Assembly (NCBI RefSeq): GCF_963921235.1
Contig: NC_086108.1
Span: 87,854,001-87,918,000, forward strand
Direction of reading: 5' to 3'
DNA length: 64,000 nt
From: Mobula hypostoma
Lineage: Eukaryota
Under the pieces are notes generated by a model. That model did no database searches and was not told the DNA's origin. It saw only the letters and a list, made by a program, of their open reading frames with translations. This document shows positions 38,434 through 50,645 of this stretch, piece after piece. Every line of letters begins with the position of its first letter. Within the stretch, counting starts at the first letter, position 1. Both the position numbers and the translations under genes were made by a program.

Positions 38434-39230
38434 CAGGGGTTCTTAGCGTGGGGTCCACAGACCGTGGATTCCAGGGTGTCCATGAACTTGGATGGGAAAA
38501 ACTTTACTACTTTATTTCACTAACCTCTCACTGAAATTTAGCATTTCCTTCAATTATGAACGTAGGCAACAAACCACCGTAGTATTAACAGTACCTGTGA
38601 CTTTGTCACCAATAGAAATCACCGATACTTCCGTGTCCCATTATCTCAAAATATATCATTTGTAGCATGCTCATCACTACTTCGAAATTATGATAGTTAC
38701 TAGAGCAGCCACTAAATTGAATGATCATAATCTTCGTGTCTGCAGACACTCGTGCAACGTAACTGGCCAAATCTCAGGCAGCCCTGCACCTAGAAGTCAT
38801 TCAGCCACCAAATAGTGGAGTTGCGTGTTTACACATTTGTGACTCGGACACCTACGTTGGTCTCCATTGTTCCCTATCTACAACTACTTGATCAATGCAC
38901 AGGAGGTAAGTTATTCTTATTATTTGTTAAAATTTTGCAAATCGGTACAGTTCATATGTGAATCCTTAACTCTCAGCAAGGCCGCAAAGCCTTCTGTAAT
39001 ACCACGCGACTCCATGCGCAACGACAGACAAATTCCAAATCAGCCCTGGTGCCTGAGCTACTAATGTAAATCAATTTTTCTTTTAATATTGTGATAACTG
39101 TATTTCAATATAATTGCCTTCTTTCGTGATCATGTTTTAAATATTTAAATATATTATTCTAAGAAGGGGTCTATAGGCTTCATGGGACTGCCAAAGGGGT
39201 CCGTGGCTTAAAAAAAATTAAGAGTCCCTG
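38434..39230. mobile_element. Non-autonomous hAT (Charlie-like) DNA transposon
   Basis: Imperfect TIRs CAGGGGTTCTTA / TAAGAGTCCCTG; 8-bp TSD gcctaata/ccctaata. Confidence 0.8.
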
Positions 39231-39339
39231 CCCTAATATATTATTCCTTACAGAGGACCAGAACTAGTCACTAACAGCTAACCAGAAAAGGCCCCCTTCC
39301 CCCACCATGCCCCCCCCAACTCTTTGCCTCCTGCCAGTC

Positions 39340-40100
39340 AGCCTAAGAGTTTCTTAAATGGCCCTCATGTATCTGCTTCTACCATCAATCCTGGCAAAGC
39401 ATTCCCTGTGCTTACCAATCTGTGTAAAGAACTTACCTCGTCATTCCTCCCATACTTTCCTCCAATCAACATAAAATTATGCCCCCATCTATTAGCTATT
39501 TCCACAATGGGGAAAAGTCTCTGGCTATCCATTCGATCTATGCCACTTCTCATCTTGTACACATCTATCAAGTCACCTCTCATCCTCCTTTGAGAAAAAG
39601 AAAAGCTTAGCTCACTCAACCCATCTTCATAAGACATCCTCCCTAATCCAGGTAAACCTCCTCTAAAGGCATCTGTTAGTCTTGTGAGACCATGGATCTG
39701 CACCTGGGAAGTCTTCACTCTCCAGGGCGCAGGCCTGGGCAAGGTTGTATGGAAGACCAGCAGTTGCCCATGCTGCAAGTCTCCCCTCTCCACGACACCA
39801 ATGTTGTCCAAGGGAGGGGCATTAGGACCCATACAGCTTGGCACCAGTGTCGTCACAGAGCACTGTGTGATTAAGTGCCTTGCTCAAGGACACAACACGT
39901 TCCTTCGGCTGGGACTCAAACTCACGACCTTCAGATTGCTAGTTGAATGCCTTAACCACTTAGCCACGTGCCCACACAACCTCCTCTACAACCTCTCTAA
40001 AGCTTCTACATCCTTCCTATAATGAGGCAACCAGAACTGAACACAATATTCCAAATATGGTAACCAGGGTTCTATAGAGCTGCAAATTTATCTCATGGAG
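39340..40100 (-). mobile_element. CR1 3' fragment interrupted by a SINE
   Basis: LPGLGRMSYEDGL..RRMRGDLIDVYK and INLQLYRTLV on the minus strand. Confidence 0.82.
39666..39977 (-). mobile_element. tRNA-headed SINE with RTE-like tail, full length
   Basis: Minus: ggcacgtggctaagtggttaagg (box A), gagtttgagtcc (box B); 11-bp TSD aacctcctcta (39655-39665, 39978-39988). Confidence 0.88.
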
Positions 40101-40819
40101 AATATTTTGCAGACAATAAGTCCTTTTGCTTTGAAGTACAGTTTTGTATATATTGTTGGAAATGCAGCAACCAATTACTACACAGAAAGATTCCACAAAC
40201 AGTAACATGTTAAAGATCAAATATCAGAGAAGGGAATATATATCCACTAGAAATGAAATAACTGCCACTTTTCCTAAAGAGTTCCATGATATCCATTGTC
40301 CAGCCCAAACTGTAGACTGGGCCTTGGTTTCAACTGTCACATTTAAAGACAGAATCTCTTCAGTTTAAATATTCTCCATTATGGTTTGCATTCCAGAGAA
40401 ACAGTTCACATCTCATCCCTGTCCACAGTCCACATGAAGTTCAATCCATCTCATATCCAGGTTTAGAAAACTGCTTCAATTTCGAAAATGCAATCATCCT
40501 AAAATTTATTCCAACATTCATGCTCTTTATTTAGAAAATCAACTGGGCTTTGTGAAGAAACAGATAATATGCAATGAAACAGGAGACCCTAAAGCAGACC
40601 TTAGTGAAATCAAGAAGCAAGTCCAATGTAAATGGTTTAGGAGTGGTCTACAGTGACACAGCGGGCATAACTCAGAAATCACACTGACAATGCATATTGA
40701 CTCACATTAACGTGCAGTTTTTCCATAGCTGAGATTCTCATCTGAGCTAAACTAATTTCCCTGTGTTTGGCCTATATTTTTCCCCTCTTCCTATCCATGC
40801 GCCTGTCCAAATTTCTTTT

Positions 40820-41157
40820 AAATTGAAAGGTCTGGATAGATTGGAAACAAAGAGGATATTTCTAATAGTGGAAGAGTCTAGGAGCAGAGGGCACAGCCTC
40901 AAAATAGGATGCCCCTTTAGAACAGAGATGAGGAAGAATTTCTTCAGCCAGTGGCTGGTGAATCTGTGGAATTCATTGCCATAGATGGCTGTGGAGACCT
41001 TGTTATTGGCTGGATGCATTCTTGATTAGCAAGGGTGTCAAAGGTTACGGGGAAAAGGCAGAAAAACTAGGTTGAGAAAGAAAATAAATCAGCCACATTG
41101 GTGGAGCAGACTCAATGGGCCAAATGGTCTGATTCTGCTCCGAAGTGTTATGGTCTG
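40820..41157 (+). mobile_element. CR1 3' end
   Basis: KGLDRL..SRSRGHSLKI..FRTEMRKNFFSQWLVNLWNSLP. Confidence 0.85.
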
Positions 41158-42351
41158 AATGTCATTATTGTACCTGCCTCTGCTACTCCTTTTGCAGTGG
41201 TTCCATACTGACCACCGATTGCATGAAGAAGTTGCCACTCGGGACCCTTTTAAATCTCTCCCCTCTCACTTTTCAATCTCTGCCTTCTACATAGAGCATA
41301 GAGCAGCACAGTACAGGCCCTTCAGCCCTGTAGTGAATTACTGCCATAGGTATGGCAAATGCAACGATGGCTTTAGGAGCAATAGCAAAGCCATTGGTTA
41401 GAAGGAGGAAGAGGATTATTATTCGAATTGTAATATACTTGAACTACCAAATTCCAGAGTGTTTAAAAATAATCCATCCAAACTAAATCGGTTTGTTCAG
41501 AAGGTTCTGTCCATAAATGGATATGAAACTTCAATGGGAAAATTTTGTTTAAGCTAAGAGGCTGGAACCCTGATCAATGCCAAGTTACTTAAACATATCC
41601 AGTTGGGTGACACAAGGCTTTGCAAATGATATAGTCATTATAGGAAGGAGGGGTCAGCCAGTATTTGCATTCCTAATTGCCATCTTGAGCAGTATGAGGA
41701 ATAGCACGCATCAGGTACAACTTCAAATCAAGATGATACCAGGCTTAGAAGTTGACCAACATTTCACTGCTGATGTTTCCATGCAAAAGTTAAGAACAAG
41801 TCTTTCATGAACCGCAGAAGGCTTTCAGGAGGCAATGGAAGAGACTCTTCGACATCTTGATGGGTGCTTTCCATAAATATCATTGGAACATCCCTAGAAG
41901 GACCAATTAATAGCATCTTACTTTGGCATTGCAAGCCAGAGCAGGTTAATGTACAAGTTGACCTGCAAACCTGGCTTCCTGTAGGCACCTGCAGCACAAC
42001 ACCCATCCCAATCTACTGAGGAGAGATTCAAAAAGTTACTAAGCAGCCTTCTTTGAACAGGGTTGGGCATTTGAATGAAGTTCAATCAGAGCAAAAAATT
42101 TGATCTTTAATGCTGATGACAAAGAGACGTAGAACTTTGAATTCAATAAGCCTTCAGGTTAAGAAAATGAAAAATGTTAAACAATGACTCTCAGCAGTGG
42201 TTCCCCACAAGCCTTCGTCCTCAGTCCCCTACTCTAATCCCTATACACTCATAAATGCATGGCTAGATTCTGACCTAACACCATGCAGATGATACGACTA
42301 GTGGGCTCTTTCTAAAATAACAATGAATCAGAGTTCAGAAAAGAGTCAGAG

Positions 42352-43312
42352 AGATGGAGACCTGACATGACGTCATGACTCCCTTTCTCTTCACCATTTA
42401 CACCTCGGACTTCAACTACTGCACATAGTCTTGTCATCTTCAGAAGTTTTCCGATGACTCTGCCATAGTTGGATGCATCAGCAAGGGAGATGAGGCTGAG
42501 TACAGGGCTACGGTAGGAAACTTTGTCACATGGTGTGAGCAGAATTATCTGCAGCTTAATGTGAAAAAGACTAAGGAGCTGGTGGTAGACCTGAGGAGGG
42601 CCAAGGCTCCGGTGACCCCTGTTTCCATCCAGGGGGTCAGTGTGGACATGGTGGAGGATTACAAATACCTGGGGATACGAATTGACAATAAACTGGACTG
42701 ATCAAAGAACACTGAGGCTGTCTACAAGAAGCGTCAGAGCCGTCTCTATTTCCTGAGGAGACTGAGGTCCTTTAACATCTGCCAGACGATGCTGAGGATG
42801 ATCTACGAGTCTGTGGTGGCCAGTGCTATCATGTTTGCTGTTGTGTGCTGAGGCAGCAGGCTGAGGGTAGCAGAAACCAATAGAATCAGCAAACTTATTC
42901 GTAAAGCCAGTGATGTTGTGGGGATGGAACTGAACTCTCTGGCGGTGGTGTCTGAAAAGAGGATGCTGTCCAAGTTGCATGCCATCTTGGTCAATGTCTC
43001 CCATCCACTACATAATGTACTGGGTGGGCACAGGAGTACATTCAGCCAGAGACTCATTCCACCGAGATGCAACACAGAGTATCACAGGAAGTCATTCCTG
43101 CCTGTGGCCATCAAACTTTACAACTCCTCCCTTGGAGGGTCAGACACCCCGAGCCAATAGGCTGGTCCTGGACATTTCATAATTTACTGGCATAATTTAC
43201 ATATTACTATTTAACTATTTATGGTTCTATTACTATTTATTATTTATGGTGCAACTGTAACGAAAACCAATTTCCCCCAGGATCCATAAAGTATGACTAT
43301 GATTATGAATAT
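42352..43312 (+). mobile_element. Younger Rex1/Babar subfamily 3' fragment (nested)
   Basis: LFTIYTSDF..QKFSDDSAIVG..LNVKKTKELVVD..YKYLG..RKSFLPVAIKLYNSS; (TATGA)n-like tail. Confidence 0.85.
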
Positions 43313-43950
43313 GACAACAACCTTTCCCTCATTGTAAGCAAAATCAGAGCTGGTCATTGGTTTCAGGAAGGGGGTGGTGTAAATGTTTCTGTTTACATCA
43401 GAGATTGAGAGGGTTGAGAGCTTCAAGGTTTTAGGAGTGAAATCAAATGCCTAACCTGGTCTAACCATATTGGCACTGCAGCCAAGAACTCTCACTGGTG
43501 CCTCAACTTCCTCAGGAGGCTGAAGAAATTCAGCGTGTCCCCTTTGACCCTCACAAATTTTTGTCTGGATGCATACTGCTTGGTTTGGCAACTGCCCTGC
43601 TCATGACCACACGTTATGAATGCAGCGCAGTCCATTGCAGGAACCAGCCTCCCCTCCCTGGACCCTGTCTACACTTCTCACTGTCTCAGTAAAGCTCCCA
43701 GCATAATCAGAGACCCCGTTTGCACTGGACATTTCCTCTTCTCCCTTCTCCCATCATGCAAATGGTACAAAAGCCCGAAAGCACGTACCACCTGACTGAA
43801 GTGCAGCTACAATCCCACTGTTACCAGACTAGTAAATGAATCCCTAAGCACCAGGCAAGACAGCTCACCAAGCCTCTAATTCTTCAGGAGGCTGACGAGA
43901 CTTGGCCTGTCCCCTTTGACCCTTACCAACTTGTAGCAATGCACAGTTTG

Positions 43951-44156
43951 TGTTGTGTTTTGAAACTTCAAAACATTAATTTAATTCCAAAGGAAAACAA
44001 AAGATCTTGTACTTAAAGCAAAGCATGCACACATCACGTGGTAGCATCATGATGTATGCAATGATGTATTTTACATGTAACTATAATGAATGATATAAAC
44101 ACTTAAATATCTTTACAAGATTACTCAAATATTACTGTAATATTAAATACACCACA
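43951..44156 (-). mobile_element. Solo LTR of a Gypsy element (206 bp)
   Basis: TG...CA ends with short inverted termini tgttgtg/caccaca; TSD gtttg/gttta; left end aligns with the LTR remnant at 62854-62910. Confidence 0.75.
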
Positions 44157-44274
44157 GTTTAGTATGACAATTACTCTGCAGGTGACTACTAGAACTGCGG
44201 TCACAGCTTAGCACATCACGGGAACCAGCCTCTCCTCCTTGGACTCTGCCTACCCTCCTTGCTGCCTCAGTAAA

Positions 44275-44578
44275 TGTATAGGCATCCATTAGTCTTGCAA
44301 GACCATGGATCTGCGCCTGGAAAGTCTTCACTCTCCAGGGCACAGGCCTGGGCAAGGTTGTATGGAAGACCAGCAGTTGCCCATGCTGCAAGTCTCCCCT
44401 CTCCACGACACCGATGTTGTCCAAGGGAAGGGCACTAGGGCCGATATAGCTTGGCACCAGTGTCGTCGCAGAGCAATGTGTGGTTAAGTGCCTTGCTCAA
44501 GGACACAACACGCTGCCTCGAACTCACTACCTTCAGGTTGCTAGTCGAATGCCTTAACCACTTGGCCACGTGCCCACT
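44275..44578 (-). mobile_element. tRNA-headed SINE with RTE-like tail (same family as 39666)
   Basis: Near-identical to 39666-39977; 10-bp TSD cctcagtaaa (44265-44274, 44579-44588). Confidence 0.88.
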
Positions 44579-45352
44579 CCTCAGTAAAACAGCCAGCATA
44601 ATCAAAGACCCAACCCCAGACATTCTCTCTTCTCCCCTCTTCCACAGGGCAGAATATACAAGCACCTGAAAGCATGTACCATCAGGCTCAAGGACAGCTT
44701 CCATCCCACTGCTGTAAGATTATTGAATGGTTGCCCAGTATGACAGGCGAACTCTTGACCTCAATCTTTCTGTTTCTTGCACCTCGTTAACCTGCACTTT
44801 CTCTGTAGCTGTTGCACTTCATTCTGCACACTGTTCTTGTTTACAATATTCCTCCTCAAGCACTGTGTAACGTTTTGATCCGTATGAACGTTATGCAGGA
44901 ATGAGCTTCTTAATGGATCTCAGTACATGTGACAATAATGAACAAATTCCAACGCCATTTGGTCCACAAGAGCTCATGCGACAGAATTAAACTTTGGTTT
45001 TAAAGCTGAGTGTAATCGCCCCATAATCCCTTCCATTCAGATTTGCAGAAATTTTGCCAGAATCATTCTTTTAGAAAGAGTCCCAAATCAAGCCTTCAGC
45101 TACGTTATGACATCCTTATGGAATAGTGGATTGATGCAGGGCTACCTCAAGTTCAAATGTCATTGAACCATACACATGTATATAGTTAAACGAAACAGCA
45201 TTCCTCTGAGGCCAAGGCGCAAAACACAGTACCTACAGTCAGACACAGCATTACAATAGCACATAGTCACAAAAATAATATTAGCACAAGTCTCTGAAGG
45301 GTGTCCCCTGAAGGTTGATAGTGTATGGGATGTTGCTTGGTTCTCTGTCAAT

Positions 45353-45664
45353 ACCAGATTGATTCCTGGGATGGCAGGACTTTCATATGAAGAAAGACTG
45401 GATGAATTGGGCTTGTACTCGTTGGAATTTAGAAGATTGAGGAGGGATCTGATTGAAACATATAAGATCCTAAAGGGATTGGACAGGCTAGATGCAGGAA
45501 GATTGTTCCCGATGTTGGGGAAGTCCAGAACGAGAGGTCACAGTTTGAGGATAGAGGGGAAGCCTTTTAGGACCGAGATTAGGAAAAACTTCTTCACACA
45601 GAGAGTGGTGAATCTGTGGAATTCTCTGCCACAGGAAACTGTTGAGGCCAGTTCATTGGCTATA
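45353..45664 (+). repeat. 312-bp copy of CR1 C-terminal segment (matches 47423-47734)
   Basis: Direct comparison shows 5 substitutions and no indels. Confidence 0.95.
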
Positions 45665-47906
45665 ACAAAACAAACAAAGGTTCTGAACTTAAAGAGGGGT
45701 AACTTTGAAGGTATGAGACGTGAATCAGCTAAGATAGACTGGCAAATGACACTTAAAGGATTGACGGTGGATATGCAATGGCAAGCATTTATAGGTTGCA
45801 TGGATGAACTACAACAATTGTTCATCCCAGTTTGGCAAAAGAATAAATCAAGGAAGGTAGTGCACCCGTGGCTGACAAGAGAAATTAGGGATAGTATCAA
45901 TTCCAAAGAAGTAGCATACAAATTAGCCAGAGAAAGTGGCTCACCTGAGGACTGGGAGAAATTCAGAGTTCAGCAGAGGAGGACAAAGGGCTTAATTAGG
46001 AAGGGGGAAAAAGATTATGAGAGAAAACTGGCAGAGAACATAAAAACGGACTGTAAAAGCTTTTATAGTTATGTAAAAAGGAAAAGACTGGTAAAGACAA
46101 ATGTAGGTCCCCTGCAGCCAGAAACAGGTGAATTGCTTATGGGGAGCAAGGACATGGCAGACAAATTGAATAATTACTTTGGTTCTGTCTTCACTAAAGA
46201 GGACATAAATAATCTTCCAGAAATAGTAAGGGACAGAGGGTCCAGTGAGATGGAGGAACTGAGTGAAATACATGTTAGTAGGGAAGTGGTGTTAGGTAAA
46301 TTGAAGGGATTGAAGGCAGATAAATCCCCAGGACCAGATGGTCTGCATCCCAGAGTGCTTAAGGAAGTAGCCCAAGAAATAGTGGATGCATTAGTGATAA
46401 TTTTTCAAAACTCGTTAGATTCTGGACTAGTTCCTGAGGATTGGAGGGTGGCTAATGTAACCCCAATTTTTAAAAATGGAGGGAGAGAGAAACCGGGTAA
46501 TTATAGACCGGTTAGCCTAACGTCGGCGGTGGGGAAACTGCTGGAGTCAGTTATCAAGGATGTGATAACAGCACATTTGGAAAGCGGAGAAATGATCGGA
46601 CAAAGTCAGCATGGATTTGTGAAAGGAAAATCATGTCTGACGAATCTCATAGAATTTTTTGAGGATGTAACTAGTAGAGTGGATAGGGGAGAACCAGTGG
46701 ATGTGGTATATTTGGATTTTCAAAAGGCTTTTGACAAGGTCCCACACAGGAGATTAGTGTGCAAACTTAAAGCTCACGGTATTGGGGGTAAGGTATTGGT
46801 GTGGGTGGAGAATTGGTTAGCAGACAGGAAGCAAAGAGTGGGAATAAACGGGACCTTTTCAGAATGGCAGGCGGTGACTAGTGGGGTACCGCAAGGCTCA
46901 GTGCTGGGACCCCAGTTGTTTACAATATATATTAATGACTTGGATGAGGGAATTAAATGCAGCATCTCCAAGTTTGCGGATGACACGAAGCTGGGCGGCA
47001 GTGTTAGCAGTGAGGAGGATGCTAAGAGGATGCAGGGTGACTTGGATAGGTTGGGTGAGTGGGCAAACTCATGGCAGATGCAATTTAATGTGGATAAATG
47101 TGAAGTTATCCACTTTGGTGGCAAAAATAGGAAAACAGATTATTATCTGAATGGTGGCCAATTAGGAAAAGGGGAGGTGCAACGAGACCTGGGTGTCATT
47201 ATACACCAGTCATTGAAAGTGGGCATGCAGGTACAGCAGGCGGTGAAAAAGGCGAATGGTATGCTGGCATTTATAGCGAGAGGATTCGAGTACAGGAGCA
47301 GGGAGGTACTACTGCAGTTGTACAAGGCCTTGGTGAGACCACACCTGGAGTATTGTGTGCAGTTTTGGTCCCCTAATCTGAGGAAAGACATCTTTGCCAT
47401 AGAGGGAGTACAAAGAAGGTTCACCAGATTGATTCCTGGGATGGCAGGACTTTCATATGAAGAAAGACTGGATGAACTGGGCTTGTACTCGTTGGAATTT
47501 AGAAGATTGAGGGGGGATCTGATTGAAACGTATAAGATCCTAAAGGGATTGGACAGGCTAGATGCAGGAAGATTGTTCCCGATGTTGGGGAAGTCCAGAA
47601 CGAGGGGTCACAGTTTGAGGATAGAGGGGAAGCCTTTTAGGACCGAGATTAGGAAAAACTTCTTCACACAGAGAGTGGTGAATCTGTGGAATTCTCTGCC
47701 ACAGCAAACTGTTGAGGCCAGTTCATTGGCTATATTTAAGAGGGAGTTAGATATGGCCCTTGTGGCTACAGGGGTTAGGGGGTATGGAGGGAAGGCTGGG
47801 GCGGGGTTCTGAGTTGGATGATCAGCCATGATCATAATAAATGGCGGTGCAGGCTCGAAGGGCCGAATGGCCTACTCCTGCACCTATTTTCTATGTTTCT
47901 ATGTTT
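45665..47906 (+). mobile_element. Young CR1/HER1 LINE, 5'-truncated, with uninterrupted RT ORF
   Basis: Open frame to the stop at 47812: [46 protein letters not shown]; (TTCTATGT)2 tail; no endonuclease domain. Confidence 0.95.
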
Positions 47907-48204
47907 CATGGCCGGATTCATCCACCACAGAGACCGGCAAGGGCATGTTGGTTCACTCACTATTTGCTACAGGCACAATCTTGTGTTACCTCCTTCAGAG
48001 TTTGACAAACAGTAGTGCTTCCGAGCTCTCGGTGATGGAGGCTGAAGTGACCCTCCCAAAGAAAACCTGCATTCGTTTTTCTTCCAGCACGGCTCAACGC
48101 GGAGAGCGCTGAATCTTCAGCTGAGGAATAAAAAGAGGGTGGCAAATGGAGAAAATTCCATTGCCAATGTCAATAATCAGACATCTCTGAATAAGCAGCA
48201 GCCC

Positions 48205-48300
48205 TATAAAACTTAGATTAGAGTACTGTGTTCAGTTCTGGTCAACTCATTGTAGGTAGAATGTGGGAATTTTGGAGTGGGTGCAGTGGAGATTTACAAG
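48205..48300 (+). mobile_element. CR1 fragment
   Basis: ttagagtactgtgttcagttctggtc (LEYCVQFW). Confidence 0.7.
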
Positions 48301-48624
48301 GAACAAAAATGCACAAGGAACCTTCATAAGGCTGAAGCAAATGGATAGAGCCTGTACGAGTTAAGGCTTTATAACCTGGAGGTGGCCTGTATATGAATAG
48401 GTACTGAGATAATGTACTGTTTTGTATGGGGAATCAGGGAAGGCACCGAGGCGTCATTCCTCGCTAGAATGAATGGGGATGCAAGAATTAATGAACATTT
48501 AAAGTGATAGAAAATAAGTGCAATGTCAGACTGACCCATTGATCTATAATCTTGGGGTTAAGGAGGAGAACAAAATAGTCAGGAGATTGATTGAAAATAG
48601 AAGCAGCACAGGAAATAATAGCAG

Positions 48625-48800
48625 TATTATAGCACCAGCATCTGGGGATTCAATTCCGAGACTGCGTGGGTTTCCTCGGGGTGCTCTGACTTCTTCTCCC
48701 ATATTCCGAAGACATATGGGTTAGTAGGTTCGTTGGTCACATGGGTACAATTGAGCAGCATGGACTAGAAGGGCCTGTTTCCATGCTGCATCTCGAAACT
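48625..48800 (+). mobile_element. V-SINE/HE1-like fragment
   Basis: gactgcgtgggtttcctcggggtgctctg..gaagggcctgtttccatgctg. Confidence 0.7.
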
Positions 48801-48884
48801 TAAATGTAAAGACATTTAAATCAGGTAAGTTGACAGTCGACAGACCCATCCTTAAATCCAGATGACAGGTCTCGGCCCAAAACC

Positions 48885-49210
48885 ATGATTGTGTGGATAG
48901 TCAGGGGCTTTTCCCAGGGCTGAAATGGTTGCCACAAGAGGACACAGGTTTAAGGTGCTGGGGAGTAGGTACAGAGGAGATGTCGGGGTAAGTTTTTCTC
49001 CTCAGAGTGGTGAGTGCGCGGAATGGGCTGCTGGCAACGGTGTGAAGGCGGATACAATAGGGTCTTTTAAGAGACTTTTGGATAGGTACATGGAGCTTAG
49101 TAAAATAGAGGGCTATGGGTAAGTCTAGTAATTTCTAAGGTAGGGACATGTTCGGCACAACTCTGTGGGCCGAAGGGCCTGTATTGTGCTGTAGGTTTTC
49201 TATATTTCTA
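48885..49210 (+). mobile_element. CR1 3' end (subfamily of 20190-21648)
   Basis: MVATRGHRFKVLGS..RLLDRYMELSKIEGYG, near-identical to 21320-21640. Confidence 0.9.
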
Positions 49211-49239
49211 AAATGGTGGCTGACCATTTTCCTCCATAG

Positions 49240-49420
49240 ACGGGTAGATTTAAAGCAGAGGTGGGTAGATTCTTGTTTGGCAAGGGCGTCAAAGATTACG
49301 GGGAGAAGGCAGGAAAATGGGGTTAAGATGGAAAATCAATCAGCTAGGATCAAATGGTGGAGCAGTCCCAATGGGCCGAATGGCCTAATTCTGCTCCCAG
49401 GCCTTAATAGTCATATGGTA
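49240..49420 (+). mobile_element. CR1 3' UTR fragment
   Basis: tttaaagcagaggtgggtagattcttg..atgggccgaatggcctaattctgctcc. Confidence 0.75.
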
Positions 49421-50419
49421 TACAACATGAGTGCCTTGACTGACAGGGTGCTGGTCCACAAGGCTCAAAAGATGAGTGCTTAAAAATCCCGAGTTTGAAA
49501 AAAATTTGTTGCTACATTTCGAAAATTCAGCCCATTATTCTGCAGAACAAAAAAGCACAAAGAACCTTCACAGGGCTGAAGCAAATGGATCGAGCCTGTA
49601 CAAGTTCAGTGTAACCACATATTATCAACCATTGTCATGCTCAATATTTGTAGAGGTTAGACAACAGATAAAACATTACCTTCTCCAGGCAGCCTTGGGT
49701 GTTAAATCCACAGTTAGTAGTTTGCTCAACAGACTGCTGGCACTGATTAAACTGGTTAACCTATTCCTCCCTGGTGTATCCCAAAAATTATACAGATCCT
49801 TTTCCAAGCCCAGAGCTCAAATGTATGATCATGGTTGAATGACATTCCTACAGGCGAATACATGGAATACATTCCATGGAATGTATTGTACTAGTTAACC
49901 AATGATTAGGGATCAGCTGAAATTATTCTGCTCTGCTCGAGTAGCCTGCTTGTGCAAGAGAAACTTAAAATGTCAAGCCAAGAATGTCAAGTATGCTTTT
50001 CTATTGTGTTGAACAACAGTAGTTAGTGAGCGCCAGAGAAGGGAAGAGGTGGAAACAGCTTTGCACTCACTGATTTCTTAAGAGTATGCCATAGATGGCT
50101 TTTAATTATAAGATTTACTTTAACCAACTCAGATGCATCCAGGAATGTATCTTAGCAGAGGTCAATGCCAACTCAACACCAACAGCAGGCTACTACCAAG
50201 TGCAATGCAACGGCTTTTCCAGAGCTTCAAACATTTCTGATGATGAGGTTAGGCAGCCCAGCTCTCCGTTTTAACACTGCCATTCATAACTTGAGAGCTT
50301 ATTGGAAGGTAAAGCAGTACCTAGCCAAATTTCACTTCCGAGGAGTATTGATCATGTGTTCTTACCTACTCTTTCATTCACCTGTTTAAACAAAATACAC
50401 TCATCTTGCCAAATCTTTT

Positions 50420-50645
50420 AGTTATAGTCCCGGGGAAAATTGATTTTCATTACAGTTGCACCATAAATAATTAAATAGTAATAAGTAAATTATGCCAGGA
50501 AATAAGTCCAGGACCAGCCTATTTGCTCAGGGTGTCTGACCCTCCAAGGGAGGAGTTGTAAAGTTTGATGGCCACAGGCAGGAATGACTTCCTATGTCGC
50601 TCTGTGCTGCATCTCGGTGGAATGAGTCTCTGGCTGAATGTACTT
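50420..50645 (-). mobile_element. Rex1/Babar 3' end (subfamily of 42352)
   Basis: Reverse complement of 43035-43285. Confidence 0.85.

Larger units (their letters stand above)
42190..44950 (+). mobile_element. Old Rex1/Babar RT-3' element(s) carrying nested insertions
   Basis: cccacaagccttcgtcctcagtcccctactc (PQGxVLSPLL-like) at ~42205; resumes at 43310; continues to 3' UTR gacaataatgaac ~44940. Confidence 0.65.

Noticed and set aside
45359-47812. 817-aa ORF as a host gene or an LTR element with 312-bp LTRs
   Set aside because: Entirely CR1 RT. The repeats are coding segments lacking TG..CA ends, PBS or PPT, and the element ends in a CR1 microsatellite tail.
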